Part shown: positions 50,474 to 64,000 of the stretch, piece after piece
Numbering within the stretch: position 1 is the stretch's first letter
Layout of the letters: the number at the start of each line of letters is the position of its first letter
From: Antedon mediterranea
Taxonomy: Eukaryota; Animalia; Echinodermata
Assembly: GCF_964355755.1 (NCBI RefSeq)
Contig: NC_092676.1
Span: 25,066,871-25,130,870, forward strand
Reading direction: 5' to 3'
DNA: 64,000 bases
Position numbers and translations under genes: made by a program
Notes under the pieces: generated by a model
Seen by the model: the letters and a program-made list of their open reading frames with translations, nothing else
The model's database searches: none
What the model was told of the DNA's origin: nothing

Positions 50474-53400
50474 TTATAAGTGACCATTTTGGTGTGTGTA
50501 AGACCTATGTCGGACAGAGCTTGGAACACTGCCCTTTCTAGGCCGATTGACATAGCTATATTGTCGGTTGTAACGCATGCCAAGCCCGCTCTCTACGCTG
50601 CTTTTCTCCGTCGTTGCTATGCTACCCTGTTCCATGCTGTCGAGTGACACCTGATCTAGCATGACGCCCTCATCAGAGAAAGGTATGCTGCGGTTGCGAC
50701 GCAACATTTGGTGCTGTAGAAGTCTTTCTTTGTCTTCCAAGTTGTGCAGCTCTTGTTCGATGTGCGTAGCTGGAGTCTTGTACTCACCAGCAGTAAGTTC
50801 TTCATCCTTCAACAGCTGATCAAGAAGTACTTCTTGCTGGAGTATTGTTTCTTCCTCCTGAAAAAAAACATAAAATGCATTGTGAGGTTACTTCAAGCAA
50901 AAGCTCTATCTACACTATCAAACTGTGCCCAAATATGGTAGTGGTATGACATCATCATGTCCATATATGGCAACATCACAACTTTTACAACGTTTTATCA
51001 CATCAAGTTTGATAGTCTAGACAGAGCTATTACAGGTTGATCTTGCCGTAAAATGCAACAAAACATTGACTTGAAAGATATTCAACTTGACGTTAAGATT
51101 TACAAAGATAAATGTTCTTAGTTTTAGACATTTCTTACATTTGAAAAATCACAGTGCAATATTGAATGCACAAATATATCTGGGTCTTGAATCTTTAATT
51201 TGAATACATATATAAGAAACAGAAACATTACGAGAAGATGAACAAAGATAAAGAAAACAAATTTAAGAGATAGAAAGAAATACAAAAACTTACATCCAAT
51301 GTTAATTCAACGTCATTTAGTCTGTCCTCGAGATCTTTCTGAATTATCTCTTCATGTTCCATTTTAGCGGCTTCATAGCGTAGACGCTCCTGTATCAACA
51401 TGTCTTCAGCTGCCAAACTGAAAGATTAGGGTAATTTATTTAACTACTATATACTGTAGTATCAAGGAAAAAGATCCTATGCATCTTTTTAATTAGAATT
51501 GAAACAAGGCAATCTAACAACAGGACACATTGCCAAGTTAGAAACCCATAACAGTCCTTTTGATCTTATGTCTGGCTGCGACAAATACCAATAGTACTGT
51601 GTACTATGTACATATTTCTGTTATGGGATTTGGAACCGATAAACCCTTTGATCTCAGGAGCTTGCATTCTGTTGCTAGATTGCCTTGGTTGAACACATTT
51701 ACCACCCATCATTTCTACAGCCTTCTGGTACTGTTTTATATCTATCTACTTTCCTGTCATTCCATTTATTAATAATGTTAATGATGTTATTTTACTCACC
51801 TTTGTTGTTTAGCTTGTTGGAGAAATGCTAACAAGTCTTCATTATCTTCATCGTCACTGAAGCCATTTAGTTTGTAATGATTTTTCACTTTGTAATCCTG
51901 TAATGGTGGTGACATGTGCAACTTGTGCTTCTGGGGCAACTTTCCATTTTGATGATTTTTTAAACCATCATTTATCTGAAACAAAACATCTGGTGAGATC
52001 GTGACATCTGCTGGATCTCCTGCTGGCAGGTTTGGTAGTTTCCTTTCCAAACGCTTCTCTTTCTCCTTAGATTTCTCTGCCAGACTATCTATTAAAACTC
52101 TCTGCGATTCCCGCTCTTCCATTAATTTGTCCTGTAAAAGTAACTCTTGCAATGATATTCTTTCTCTTTCAACTTCGAAATCTGCCAACTCATTTTCAGT
52201 TAAAGTCCTACCATCTTTTGGAACTAGGTCTGATAAGTGTCCCGTCTTCTCGTTCATCAGTGAAGATGGAAGACTATTCTGACGACGTAGTGTACGATTT
52301 TCTTGAGGCGTCAACTTTGTTGGGCTCTCACGATCTCGAATTGGAAGACTAGAATTTAAGAATGCTATCGATCTATCAGGTTCAAAGTTACTCTCACCAG
52401 TGTCTGTCAAGAATGGTATCATAGGTATCGTAAGTCCAAGTGTGCCACGTAATGGTGAGCTACCACCACTACCTCTGCCATCAGTCAAATGGTTTTGAAT
52501 GCCTGAAGGACTTTGTCCAGACTGGTAGTGAACAGGACTCAAGTCCTCTGTTTTTGTCCCAGAGGCATTTAATTCTGACAATTTTGAAATATTCTGTAAA
52601 ACATCACTGTACGTGAGATTTGAATCGCTGTTAAATCGACCAATACCAGAGTCAGAGGCACTCGGTGGATTTGGCGGTGTAATTTGTTTTATCTCGGCAG
52701 CAGTCAGTGATTCAGAGTTTATACCGGATTGTTTAAAAGGAGTGTGGTGACTGGATGTGTACTCAGGAGGGGATCGATAAATTAGTGCATTTTGGCTATA
52801 ATATGCAGAATTTCGGACTGGCCCATTATCAAAACCCATGTGGTGATGTCCAAGGTAATCAACTTGAGGATCAAAAATCACTCTACCAGTTTTTCCTGGT
52901 CGGTCGATTGACATATCTGCTCTAAGTGGGGCAGGATTGGCCATTAGTTCAGGTTGATTCAACACAGGCATACTTTTTGCAAACGATTTATATAGTGTTG
53001 GTTCACTCTCGTAGCCTAATGCGTCATAACCAGACGGCCATTGGCCAGAATTAATTGAGTGAACCCAAGACTTAGCATATGCATTACGTGGCAAACGTGA
53101 AGGAAGGACTCCTTCTAAATTGGCCATAACATCATCATCGTCATCAGATTCTCCATAAATGCCATATGTCTCATCAACAATCTTCTGCTCGGTAGAACCT
53201 TTAAGCTTTCGTGTTTGCTGCATTTGTGAATCTTTTGGCGAATTGATGTACTGAAGAGAGAGACTAGTTGGTCGAGGCGCCTGACGTAAGGCTCTCAGAA
53301 AAGGTGAATCTTCATCAGCTAAAACATGACTTGTATCTCTGACATCAACTGTGGAGCTACTGTAATAAGGACGTTGACTAACTGGAGGTTTACGATACAC

Positions 53401-56400
53401 ACCTCCGCTTGCCAACAAGTCTGAATGCGCAATTGATGCTGGTGTTCTCTTTGGTTTCTTAGGACGAACACTCTGCCCTTCAAATTTGGGCAATCCATTA
53501 GTATCGCCATTAGCTGTAGTTGTTTGATTAGCAGATTTACTCTTTGTTCTCCTTCTGTCTAAGCTACCATAAGACAATTTCTCTTGTTGTAGACCAGGGT
53601 TGTGGAGACTGTTACTATTGTTACGATTATGTCTTCTGAAGCTGCCATCTGGTGTATCGCTAAGATGTGGATGAAGTGAAACATGACTGGAACTCTTGCT
53701 AGAGAATTCTTTTGCTTCTTCTCTTTTCAGATGATTCTCTTGCCATTGCAAAGCATCAAGTATGTCTTTGGATGACGGAACATGCTTGATATCAAGAATC
53801 TTTTTCAAGGTAGAGCACCTGAAATGGGAGAATAATAAGATATTATAACTACAATACAAAATTCTATCTTTGTTTGTTATTACAGTAAAAATATGCTAAC
53901 CAGATGTGTTGAATTACAGATTAATTTGCAGACAAACTAACCTGTGGCTAAGTAAGCGAGCCTGTCGTCTCAGTTTACCATGCATGATGACATCACTGGT
54001 TGCCTTCAGCTCTTTCAGATCATCCTGCAATGGTGCTGGATACTGCTTCAGGAATCTCTTTACATCTTCCTGCCATTCATGGATAGCAATTTCGCTTCTG
54101 TTCCTACGCTCTTTTGACTTAAGCTCATTAAAAACATCTGGAAGGTCAGGAGGCAAGAACTGAAGTGTTTTCCAGTACCATTTAGAAACCTTAGAAATAT
54201 AAAGTAACATTTTCTTTTGTTAAATCTTCATGTTCTTTTTTAGATTTCTAATTTTAACAATGGGTTGTTTTAAATCTCACGTAGGGATATGCTTTGACAT
54301 GTAACATCTAGCTAATACGGTTTAGTTGCCTGAATCGATTCTTTTAAAGGAATTACAGGTATGATAATAGTCTGTAAATTAAAAAAATATACCTGTTTAT
54401 GAAGATGGTAGAATCGATGAACTCTTTCCAACATAGTTTTCTTCTCCATTATAAGGTCTTTAAATTCTTGGTTTTGTTTCTGCAGCATTTTAACTGTTTC
54501 TTTGATTGTGTCCATATTACTGTTATTATTGATCAGCATTACATCAGCTTGCTGAAACAAGCCATCGACTCTAGCTAACTGGCTCTGAAATTCATTGAAA
54601 TATTGTAATGTTTTAAATCCTCCCAAGAGTAGCATTATAACTGAGATTGGGATTTTCTATTTTTATTAAAAGAAAATTGAATAAATAAATCAAATGCTCT
54701 TTCTTTTTTCTTCTACTACAATAATTATCTACCTTAGCCACTGACAAACAACTGGTTTCAAAATGGCTGCAGAGTAGTTCTGCCCTGCCCGCACTGCTGG
54801 CAATCTCGCTGTGCTTCTTCAGTTCATGTAGGCCTGGTCCTTGTAACCAATCAGAAACCTGAAAAGAGTGGTCTGTTGTCAGTACACTGTTTTATGTTCT
54901 ACAGTCAACAGTAAGTTGTGTTCTTTGTATTTCCTGTCTGTATTTATCTATATTATATTTACAAAACAATACATTTAAAAAATGCTGTTGCTCTCTTCTT
55001 ATAGAGAAAAGGCCAATGTCAGTTTATCCAGGTAAGCTAGGCACGAAATAGATGAAAGAATACCTCTTTTACATCCATTTGAAATTGGGTCAACTCCTCC
55101 GCATCTAGTATCCTTTTCTCTCCTTCCCTCCAAAGTTTATCGATGTGACGCAATGCCTCTTGCAAGTTTCTGTAGCAAGCCTCAATTGTCTTCTTTGACT
55201 GGACGTAGATGGGTTTGTGAGCCATGACATTGAATAAACGGTCATCTTCAGGATGCTCTAACCGTTGAATCAAATCTTCACAGTGATTTAATACATGGTC
55301 TATGCCAATATCCCTACAAGACATTAATGAATAAACAAATATTACTCCAGAATCAGTGCTGTAGTCACGAGAAATATAGTGGTAAGGTTGTGGCAAGAAA
55401 AGGGAACAATCTGTGATTGATTTGAGTGCTACCTCTAGTACTGTACCTACAAACAGTATCACTAGCGTACTTACTCTCGTATGTCTCTATACTCGTCCAA
55501 CATAGCTTGCCTGGTCTGTGTTAACTGAGTGCTTTGAGTACCAATGTTGTATTTCTTAAGTTCCTCCATTCGCTCAAACCCAATTGGAAGCCTCGGTTGC
55601 AAAGATTGGAACTTCTCAAAGAAAGGCTCCACAGTCTGAAAAAAACAAAATTGAAGTAACAATAAGACCTAGAGTAGAGACATAGTGTAGACAGTGCTTT
55701 AGATTTAACTAAGCCCAAAATACCCTTTGTCCCTAGGTCTACTTACACTTCTGAACCTTAGCCAGGCTATATGGCTGTACTGTAAATATCCACCTAGATC
55801 TTCTGTCAACTGACTACGATCAATATGGTTGTGCAGTTCAACTTCATCTTCCACCACAGTACTCTATAAAATTTAGGGAGTTATACATTAAAAATACATT
55901 TCACTAAAACAAAAATGAATGACAACTTTCTTTGAATTCTTTGGTTAGACTAAAGCTCTGTCTACACTATCAAACTTAAAAAAAAAGTGTTAAGTGCCCA
56001 AATATAGAAGTGATATACCCAAATATGGTAGTGATATGACATAATCATGCCTATATATGGGCACATCACATTTTATTTGTCACATGAAGTTTGATAGTGT
56101 AGACAGAGCTTAGCAGCATTGTAATATCTGCTGGATCAAATTATCTGTGTATAAGTGAAGTCAGTAACGTTAGAAACAAAATCTGTTTGTTATGTCTTTG
56201 GTTACCTGAAAGAGTGGTGTTACCAAGTGCTTATTCTTCTTTTTCTTGCTATGTCGTAATGCTAGGATTGTCAGCAGATCTTTAGCTAGCTGCTTAGCGT
56301 GAGGCTGGATGGCGTACATCATGCCAACAGATCCTTCATATTCAGCCTATCAAACAAAAATCATTTTTTAATAGAATAAAATTATGATTGATTTAATAGA

Positions 56401-59400
56401 AAAAAAAATCATACATGATAAAGAGTATACAGTGGTTTAACGCAATGGGAAAAGACCTTGGTTTAGCACTAGCCGACACAGGGTAATTGCATTGGGCTGC
56501 TTATGCTCTGGGGCCCTGAGCACTCATTGCTGTTACACTAGTGAGAGTACATCAGTGGCAGTTTATAAAAAACTACAATACTTTCTCACAGTGTACTCAA
56601 GAATACATTTATAGTATTGTTGGAAATGAAATGTTATACCTGTAAACTATTGAGGGCACTTTTCATAATAGAGATTAGTTCGTAAGTCCCTCTTCTCATG
56701 TCTATCACAAACGCAAATCCATTCTTTTGGCATTGTGAACTGTAAAAATAAGTAAATCATAAAATTAGTTTCTTTTTTCAATTAAAACAGTAGACTTCAA
56801 CCACAAACTACCATAACCAAACTACCGTTACCATAATGAAATCAATACTTTAAGCTCCGTCTACAATATCAAACTACAGTAGTTGGACAAAAAAAAGTGT
56901 GATGTGCCCAAATATGGTACAGTAGGGACATTCTCAAATATGGTAGAGGATATAGGCACATTACATTTTTTTGTCACACACAGAAAGTTTAATACTGTGT
57001 GTAGACAGAGCTTTTAACTGTACCTGTGTAAGCTGATGAAATATGTGAGAATATGATCAACTCCACTTGCTTTTACACGTCTCTCTAGCACCTCATGATT
57101 CTTGGCCGGAAATGATATGATTGGTCGCCCTTGTTGATCGTGACCTCCCGACAGAACAGCGACCTCTGTCTCCATCAAGTCATCGCTGGGCATGGTTGCC
57201 ACTTGGCCTAATCTGGCCAAGTCCTCATCTATAATAAAACAATCAATTTTTTGACTTGTGAATGAGATTTTTATATACACTGTAGGTAGTATTTTGATAT
57301 TTTTACTATTTGTTGTACTAATGTTCATTTTTAAAGACAGATACTGTAAATTTATAGGTTTGCTACAGACCACAGTATATTTTAAAAATAAATATGTATA
57401 ATAATAGTGTAAAAACATTTCAATATGAAAAAGTAGACTGTACAGGTTTTCAATACTGTATTTAAAAAAAACTTTAACAATCCAAAAATGTGTATAGATT
57501 CATTGGTTAAAGTAGGTGGGTTGCAAAAACAAGACAATAACATTTCTTACAGTACTGTATGTACATTTTTGAACAGGTTGGGAAATTGATGTGATGTTGA
57601 AATTAAAATTTTTAAAAAAGCGGGTGAAATAAAAAGGTTTTTCAGCATACATACACCTCCACCAGCACAACTACACTGTACTGCGACCAAAATAAAAACA
57701 AAATTTAAAAGCCCAAGATACCAAAAAGAGGAAAAAACTAAGCTGTTAATAAACCACTGGTGAAATGAATACCTTGGTGACTTGTAGTGGACGCATGAAA
57801 GCGTACATTCTTCTTACGTTTCATGTTACAAATGTCTGTGATTGATAATCTAAAGGATTTAATTATTCAATAGTGTCAACTGTACAAGGACAATTATTCA
57901 TTCTAGGTTTATCAGCAGATCGGGGCCGCCTAAGTTTTTGAAAGAAAATACAATGCAACATATAAGATGTTACAGTCCACTGTAAGTCAAGTTATGCACT
58001 TATTTTAGGCCCTGTTCCCTGCCCCCACCCCCACCAAACCTATTTCAAAATCCTGGATACATCACTGATGTTTACTGTACTGTATGTGTACAACTATATA
58101 TACAGTAAATAATTGTGTGGCATGTATTGTACACTCATTTTGACCAATTCTACAGTAAATAGAATATTTCATAAAAAATAATTGCATGTACTGTACAGTA
58201 CTGCAGTATACGAGGGAAGAGTGAACTGTACAGTACTGCAGTATACGAGGGAAGAGTGAACTGTACAGTACTGCAGTATACGAGGGAAGAGTGAACTGTA
58301 CAGTACTGCAGTATACGAGGGAAGAGTGAACTGTACAGTACTGCAGTATACGAGGGAAGAGTGAACTGTACAGTACTGCAGTATACGAGGGAAGAGTGAA
58401 CTGTACAGTACTGCAGTATACGAGGGAAGAGTGAACTGTACAGTACTGCAGTATGCGAGGGAAGAGTGAACTGTACAGTACTGCAGTATACGAGGGAAGA
58501 GTGAACTGTACAGTACTGCAGTATATGAGGGAAGAGTGAACTGTACAGTATTGCAGTATATGAGGGAAGAGTGAACTGTACAGTACTGCAGTATATGAGG
58601 GAAGAGTGAACTGTACAGTACTGCAGTATATGAGGGAAGAGTGAACTGTACAGTACTGCAGTATACGAGGGAAGAGTGAACTGTACAGTACTGTATATTG
58701 TATGGGGATAAAAGATTTTATTTTTGGGAAATAATTTTATCAAATCTATGTTACTGTACACTACAATACAAACTAAACAAACATTTATTTTACATCATCA
58801 CTGAGTACTGTAGGCCGCTATCTGTATATCTGTTTAAACAATAAATGTACGATACCGCTGTCATCAATTCAGTTGACATTGGATTTGTGTAATTTGAATA
58901 TTGACGTTTTTAATTAGACACACCTAAACATCTGTTGCAAAAATCAAATACTATTTTGTTTTATAGTGTCATCAGCCTCAACATTGTGAGGTAAACAATT
59001 AATGCAATATGAATAATCCTATATCAAATTGTGATCCGTTCATGCGGAAAAGATTTTTTATCGATGAGAAAATTCTGTTGATAGGATTTTAGTATGGAAT
59101 CTTTGCTATAGTATAGTAGTTCCACATGTACAAATATTTGGTACAGTTTTCTTTAATTTTGAATTATTAAGATGTATTGAAAAAAAAAAACATGAAGATT
59201 AATTAAATCAGACTTTGAATAGGTTATTTTGTATTTTAAATATTAAAAATTAATCCGTTCCGTAAAAAAAACTATAATTTAATAATATGAAAATAAAAAA
59301 ATGACAAAATAAATGGTCAAATTCAATCAAAAACCCATTGGTTGGCAGCCAATTTGACTGTTTTTTTCTGGTAAATAAATTGTTTTTTGATTACATTTTT

Positions 59401-60610
59401 TTTCAAAGGGGATAACTATTTGGCGACATTAAAATGGCATATTCAACAACAACAAAATGTTATAGCGGGGAAAAAAAAGTAATCAGTATAGAAAATAACC
59501 ATGTGTTTAAAAAAAAGTTAACTTTATTGTTGTACTGCAAACAAACATGACTTTTTTAATATAGGTATTTATCCACTACACAAACTTTAAAGATACAAAT
59601 TTCTTTTTTAATTTAATAATTAATATTTTAATGGCAACAATTGGTTCAACAAAATTAATATCAGACCCGTTTATTATTATTTATTTACTTGATTAAACCA
59701 TATTTAAGAAAAACTGAATTAAACCAATATTATTCTTTTTTTTTTTACTTGATTATTGTCTTTGAGAAAACATAAATTTTGCCAAAAGTAAAAAAAATAA
59801 TTTTATTTAGTGAGTTTTATGTTTTAAAGGACAATATTTTCATTAATATACTGTATATTAATACAAAGATGTGATTTGACAATTAAAAAAATTTAATTTA
59901 AGACATTTTAAATTCGGAATATTTTATAGATTTTAAAATGTATTAATTTTCCATTTCCTTGTACAGTATATTAGTCTGTAAAATACAAAAAAAATCTATC
60001 TAATTTAAATTCCTGACTAAAGCGGGAAAGCGTATCTAATAAATTGTTCTTATAATATGAATGATTTAGATTAGATGAGATGATCTCGGTCATTGTAAAG
60101 CTCTTTGATCCTTGTAAAGGCGCTATATAAATTGAAATGTAATGTAATTATGTTGAACAGTTGTATATTTAAATTTTAACATAATTCAATTTAATAATAT
60201 TGCCTATTATTAAACTATTTATACTGTATGTATGTAAATATTATTAATACCATTATTAAGGACGATAGTGACCGACTATTTATACTTTATAGAGTAAAAA
60301 TATGGCTCTATTTTTCTTTTTAATACAACTACAATAGATATTAATTGCATAACAATGTTCATAAAACAGCTAGGCCCTTTTGGCATAGGCGCTCTATTCT
60401 TGTCTGCTGTTATTAAGTACGTACGCACTCAACGTCTGCCCTACCACTAAGTAGGCCTCGGTCGTCTAACTAAGTGGATAGTAAGCATCCCCAAGTTTTT
60501 CGACACAAAAGAAACGTATTACACTACCCTACATATCAACGTATCTTCTAATTATATGTTAATTAAACTTGTATATAACGCTTACCGTAATAGTGTTGTG
60601 TATTTTCCAT
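50474..60610 (-). CDS. SEC14 (CRAL-TRIO) and spectrin-repeat protein (SESTD1/Trio N-terminus-like) with long disordered C-terminus
   Basis: VAVLSGGHDQQGRPIISFP and GFAFVIDMRR SEC14 motifs; helical spectrin-like exons. Approximate exons 60610-60586, 57228-57024, 56739-56640, 56346-56206, 55864-55793, 55635-55474, 55313-55063, 54858-54733, 54585-54393, 54189-53942, 53818-51799, 51417-51293, 50857-50474. The first exon is less certain. Confidence 0.8.
55952..56111. mobile_element. MITE family 1, intact copy
   Basis: AAGCTCTGTCTACACTATCAAAC...GTTTGATAGTGTAGACAGAGCTT with TAA/TTA flanks. Confidence 0.88.
58188..58695. repeat. 35-bp intronic minisatellite, about 14 copies
   Basis: GTGAACTGTACAGTACTGCAGTATACGAGGGAAGA. 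Confidence 0.95.
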
Positions 60611-60614
60611 TAAC

Positions 60615-60668
60615 CTATATTTTAAACATCATCCTGTTCAACAGGTTTTTCGTCGTTTTTGCTTTCAT
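60615..60668 (-). promoter_or_regulatory. uORF (17 aa) directly upstream of the inferred SEC14-gene start
   Basis: ACCATGAAA...ATATAG encodes MKAKTTKNLLNRMMFKI* and ends 4 nt before ATGGAA (60610). Confidence 0.45.
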
Positions 60669-60850
60669 GGTAGCGGTAAACAAATTTTAACGACCGCAAA
60701 TTCTAATGTATTCGTTGAGGGCGCAAGTAATAAATTTAGTCATAGTCTAAAATTATACCAATACTGACGTAAAAGTAAGTGACGCCCAAAAATTGAAATG
60801 TCTTCATGAGGGGCAAGTCTTATATAATATACTTTGGTCTTACTTGTAAT

Positions 60851-61409
60851 TTAAAGATGTATTGTCCCTTTGTCGAATTCCAAAAAAAAAAATAAAAATT
60901 AGAAGATTTCGAAAAAAAGTGGGTCATTTTGAAGTATCATAATAGTACTAACTTTCCCCAAAAATTAGTCGAAAAAAAAATTATTTAACTGAAATACAGA
61001 CGTTTTTTAGTTTAAAAAAAAACTGTGACTTCCAGTCAAAGTTTTCGATCAAAACATATCTCATAATGCAACGCGCTTGTTTGGCTACTATGTATGCAAA
61101 ATCATAAAACTTCCTCGCGATCTGTGTGAAAACACCTTCTCAACCGTGACGAGTTGTAAACGATCCTAATTATAGGATCATGCATAATGCATACTCTTGG
61201 TTTGAAATCTTTGTTTACTTTCGCTTGTGACGATTTTCCAGACAAAATGTAATCAAACTAATTTACCTGTTAATTACGTAAAATTGATGTTTTTGGCACA
61301 AATTTCTGACTTAAAGTGAATAACTTTAATATTACTTTGATATGGCCAATTTAAATTTCTAATATTTTGACTTTCATTTTTTTGTGTTTCAAGGGACAAT
61401 ACATCTTGA
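60851..61409. mobile_element. Non-autonomous DNA transposon, TTAA-flanked (Kolobok-like)
   Basis: TTAAAGATGTATTGTCCCTT...AAGGGACAATACATCTTGA; the same left end occurs at 22842, with related fragments at ~31800, 35400 and 59300. Confidence 0.7.
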
Positions 61410-61854
61410 TAACATTGCAATACGCTCAGGAGTCAGGTTTTTTTTTTTGCCTCCCAACATTACAACGTCCGTTCGTGTCCTGGACAATTTTATATAAAAA
61501 TAAGTAATGTTACTCGTTCCCTGGTTTTAGTAGCTTATAAAGTTCAGGAATTCTATTTTATTATTCTTTTTATTTTACTATTTTTATTTAGACACTCGCT
61601 TATTATATTAATGCTTATATGTTTTATTACAGTCTTAATCGTGTGCTTAAACTCTAAACGCGTTTCCGGGTAGTAAGGTATCACGCGCGTTATTGTCGCG
61701 CGGCGCTTCGTCACGCGTACTAAGCGTGGGGGGCGTAGATGATGATTCTTCTTAGAATTGTTTTGCATTCTTCATCTTTGGCTTGAAATCAAAACAGTCT
61801 TTTTAAAATCGCCTTCTATCTAGGCTAGTAGGCTATAAAAACAATTCGTATAGG

Positions 61855-62843
61855 ATGGCTTCTTGTATAACCACATTTGCTATCGTTGCATTGGCAGTAC
61901 TTGCTCTTTCTCGCCAGAGTATCGCAGTGCCCGCAACCAGTAATCCGCTACAAGTAGCGGCAACCTTTTTGGATGCAAGTGGTAAGTTACAGTATGTTTA
62001 CCTTTCTCTGCCTATTTTCATCAGGCCTAAAATCGCGCCTAGAGGCCCATAAATAGGCCTAGGCCTAGGGCGTAATTTAATTTACAATATAAATTTGTTA
62101 GGCCTAATAACAAAAGTATTAAATATTTCTACACAGATTGTGAACTATTCGCAAACAGACGTCGCTTGCTACACAACATCGAACCTTTCGCGTCAGACAG
62201 TACGGATACCTGCTACGAAATGCTATCCAGCGTAGTGGTGACGCCAAATGGTAACTATCGTCGGCAAGACTGGAACGCACTGAAGTCTTTTGTGGCAAAC
62301 AAGAATCCAATAATTTCAAACAGTAAGTATGGGGCACCATAAGTAGCAAAATGTACATATCATTTTACACAGCCACACATTTGCTGCGTATGGCGCCCCA
62401 TAAATAAGGACCGGTTTTTCTTTCCCAATAGACAGACAAACTAAACCAGTAATTCTTCATGATTTTATTCTTTTTCAGTGCTGTCGGTGATGCCCGTATC
62501 TCTTGAGTAAGACGACCATCGATAGGCGGTCAACAATGACCCAAGGATCAACAAGGATTACAAAACTAATTAGGCCCTAGGCCTAAAAAAAAAAACAACT
62601 TTCTATTTTAGAAAAAGTTAAGCTTAAATTTGATAAATTGTGATTTCTGGAAATAATAAATTGGAAATAGTGTTATTTTGGTTACGATGGACCTTTATTT
62701 TTGTTTGTAGGATCGAGCTGAGTGAAAAAATTTCCGCATGCTTGGTTCCCACGAGGACAAAACGCAATGACGTCGTAGACGCAGTTCAGAGGTCCCAATT
62801 TCCCCGAAATTTGAGAGTTTTCCCGATTTTCTCCGAATTTTAA
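61855..62843 (+). CDS. Small secreted protein of unknown function (~158 aa, 4 exons)
   Basis: Signal peptide MASCITTFAIVALAVLALSRQSIA. Exons 61855-61981, 62137-62322, 62479-62506 and 62711-62843 join in frame at GT-AG sites (DCELFANRRRLL...TCYEMLSS...IELSEKISAC). The 3' exons are less certain. Confidence 0.65.
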
Positions 62844-62949
62844 TGCAGGTCCCCGCCTCCTTACATTTATCGCGTCGCGTGACAGTGACGCGCGCTAAGG
62901 TCCCTTGCGTTGCGTCCAAGCATAGTCAATATTGACTATGGTCCAAATG

Positions 62950-63095
62950 AAGCTTGGTTCCCACTAGGACGCAACGCAAGCAAGTTGACCAATGACAAAC
63001 GACAGTTCGAATAATTCATCGTTTGTGATTGGTCAAATCCGTTACTATACGTTGCGTTACGTCGTTGTGTTACGTCTCTAGTGGGAACCACGATT
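62950..63095. mobile_element. MITE family 2 copy
   Basis: AAGCTTGGTTCCCACTAGGACG...CTAGTGGGAACCACG. Confidence 0.8.
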
Positions 63096-63587
63096 AAGAA
63101 TCAAGCTTTCAGTTGTGCTGACTTTCCAGTGGTGGAGTAATTAGATCGACAGAACAAACAAAGAAACAACAAATATTTATAAAGCTATTACATAATTTAT
63201 TTAATCAGATTAAAGCAGATTTTAAACAATTTTATTTTACCATAAATTCATATTATTATAAACCATAAAAAGATAATTATTCTTAAATGTAACACATTTT
63301 AATTATCAATAGCATCGGAACACAGAACATTTATCCGGACACGGACCGCGTACGCTTGTGTAAAATGCGTATTTGTTAGGCAAGATAAAATATATATTAA
63401 ATAATATTTGTGACCTATTGAAGTACAGCAACAAAAAAATTGCATTTAAAAGTAAATGGGAATAAGTAAAACAAAAATGGGAGTACACCCACGTGGGTGA
63501 TGACGTAAGTACGAAAATCTCACTCACTTTTACTACTAGTGACCACATAGACAATATACAAAAGCTAATAGTTAATATCAAGGTGTG

Positions 63588-63993
63588 TAAAGGCCCATTT
63601 ACACTAGGGCGATAACGATCGACGATAAATAGATAAACATAGATTTTTGTTGGATAAAATGAAAGAAATTAGAACAGGTTTCTTTCTAGAACTATAGGAT
63701 AATCATGTCTGCTGTATTGAATAAAAATTTTATTTTTGAAAATCCAATCAAATGACGTCATGATCAATAAAAACAATAAAATCGTTGTATTGTAACGATA
63801 CTATTGCTCTTACTAATCATGACGTCATTTGATTTGACGTGTGGTTATATTATTTTCATCAAAAGGCAACATAGATGATAATCCTGTAGTTCTAGGATGA
63901 AAACTTTCTAAAATTCTTTTGTTTTAGGTATGAAAATTGCATATTTATCTTTTTATCGTCGATCGTTATCGCCCTAGTGTAAATGGGCCTTTA
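63588..63993. mobile_element. MITE family 3 with ~40-bp perfect TIRs
   Basis: TAAAGGCCCATTTACACTAGGGCGATAACGATCGACGATAAA...TTTATCGTCGATCGTTATCGCCCTAGTGTAAATGGGCCTTTA. Confidence 0.9.
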
Positions 63994-64000
63994 TGCTTTT

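Noticed and set aside
58150-58761. 203-aa ORF
   Set aside because: A 35-bp minisatellite lacking stops on one strand, cycling through frames; intronic.
61834-61840. TATAAAA as core promoter of the secreted gene
   Set aside because: Only about 20 nt from the ATG, which would put the TSS inside the CDS; TAG|GATG may instead be a splice acceptor.

Overview
AT-rich eukaryotic (invertebrate animal; echinoderm-like by inference) genomic DNA with spliceosomal introns, not prokaryotic. From left to right: (1) two intronless type-I membrane Ig-domain receptor genes with ITIM/ITSM-type tails; (2) an array of five intron-containing tRNA-Arg(UCU) genes whose repeat unit carries a half-MITE; (3) an ~11-12 kb segmental duplication giving two paralogous minus-strand secreted proteins with 4 and 6 atypical Kazal domains interleaved with Gly/Arg/Pro/His repeats, with all internal coding exons phase 1-1; (4) a truncated Penelope-like element with a TSD and a minimal hammerhead ribozyme; (5) ITFG2 (13 exons, Helitron in an intron); (6) a SEC14/spectrin-repeat gene with a uORF; (7) a small unknown secreted protein gene. 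MITEs, SINE/LINE fragments and minisatellites are abundant. The most unusual signals are the Kazal domain whose reactive loop is replaced by a 73-139 aa low-complexity insert, the exon-level modular expansion of these genes next to inhibitory Ig receptors, and tiny palindromes flanked by 7-bp duplications that look like P-element excision footprints. Gene models were read by eye, with no database searches.
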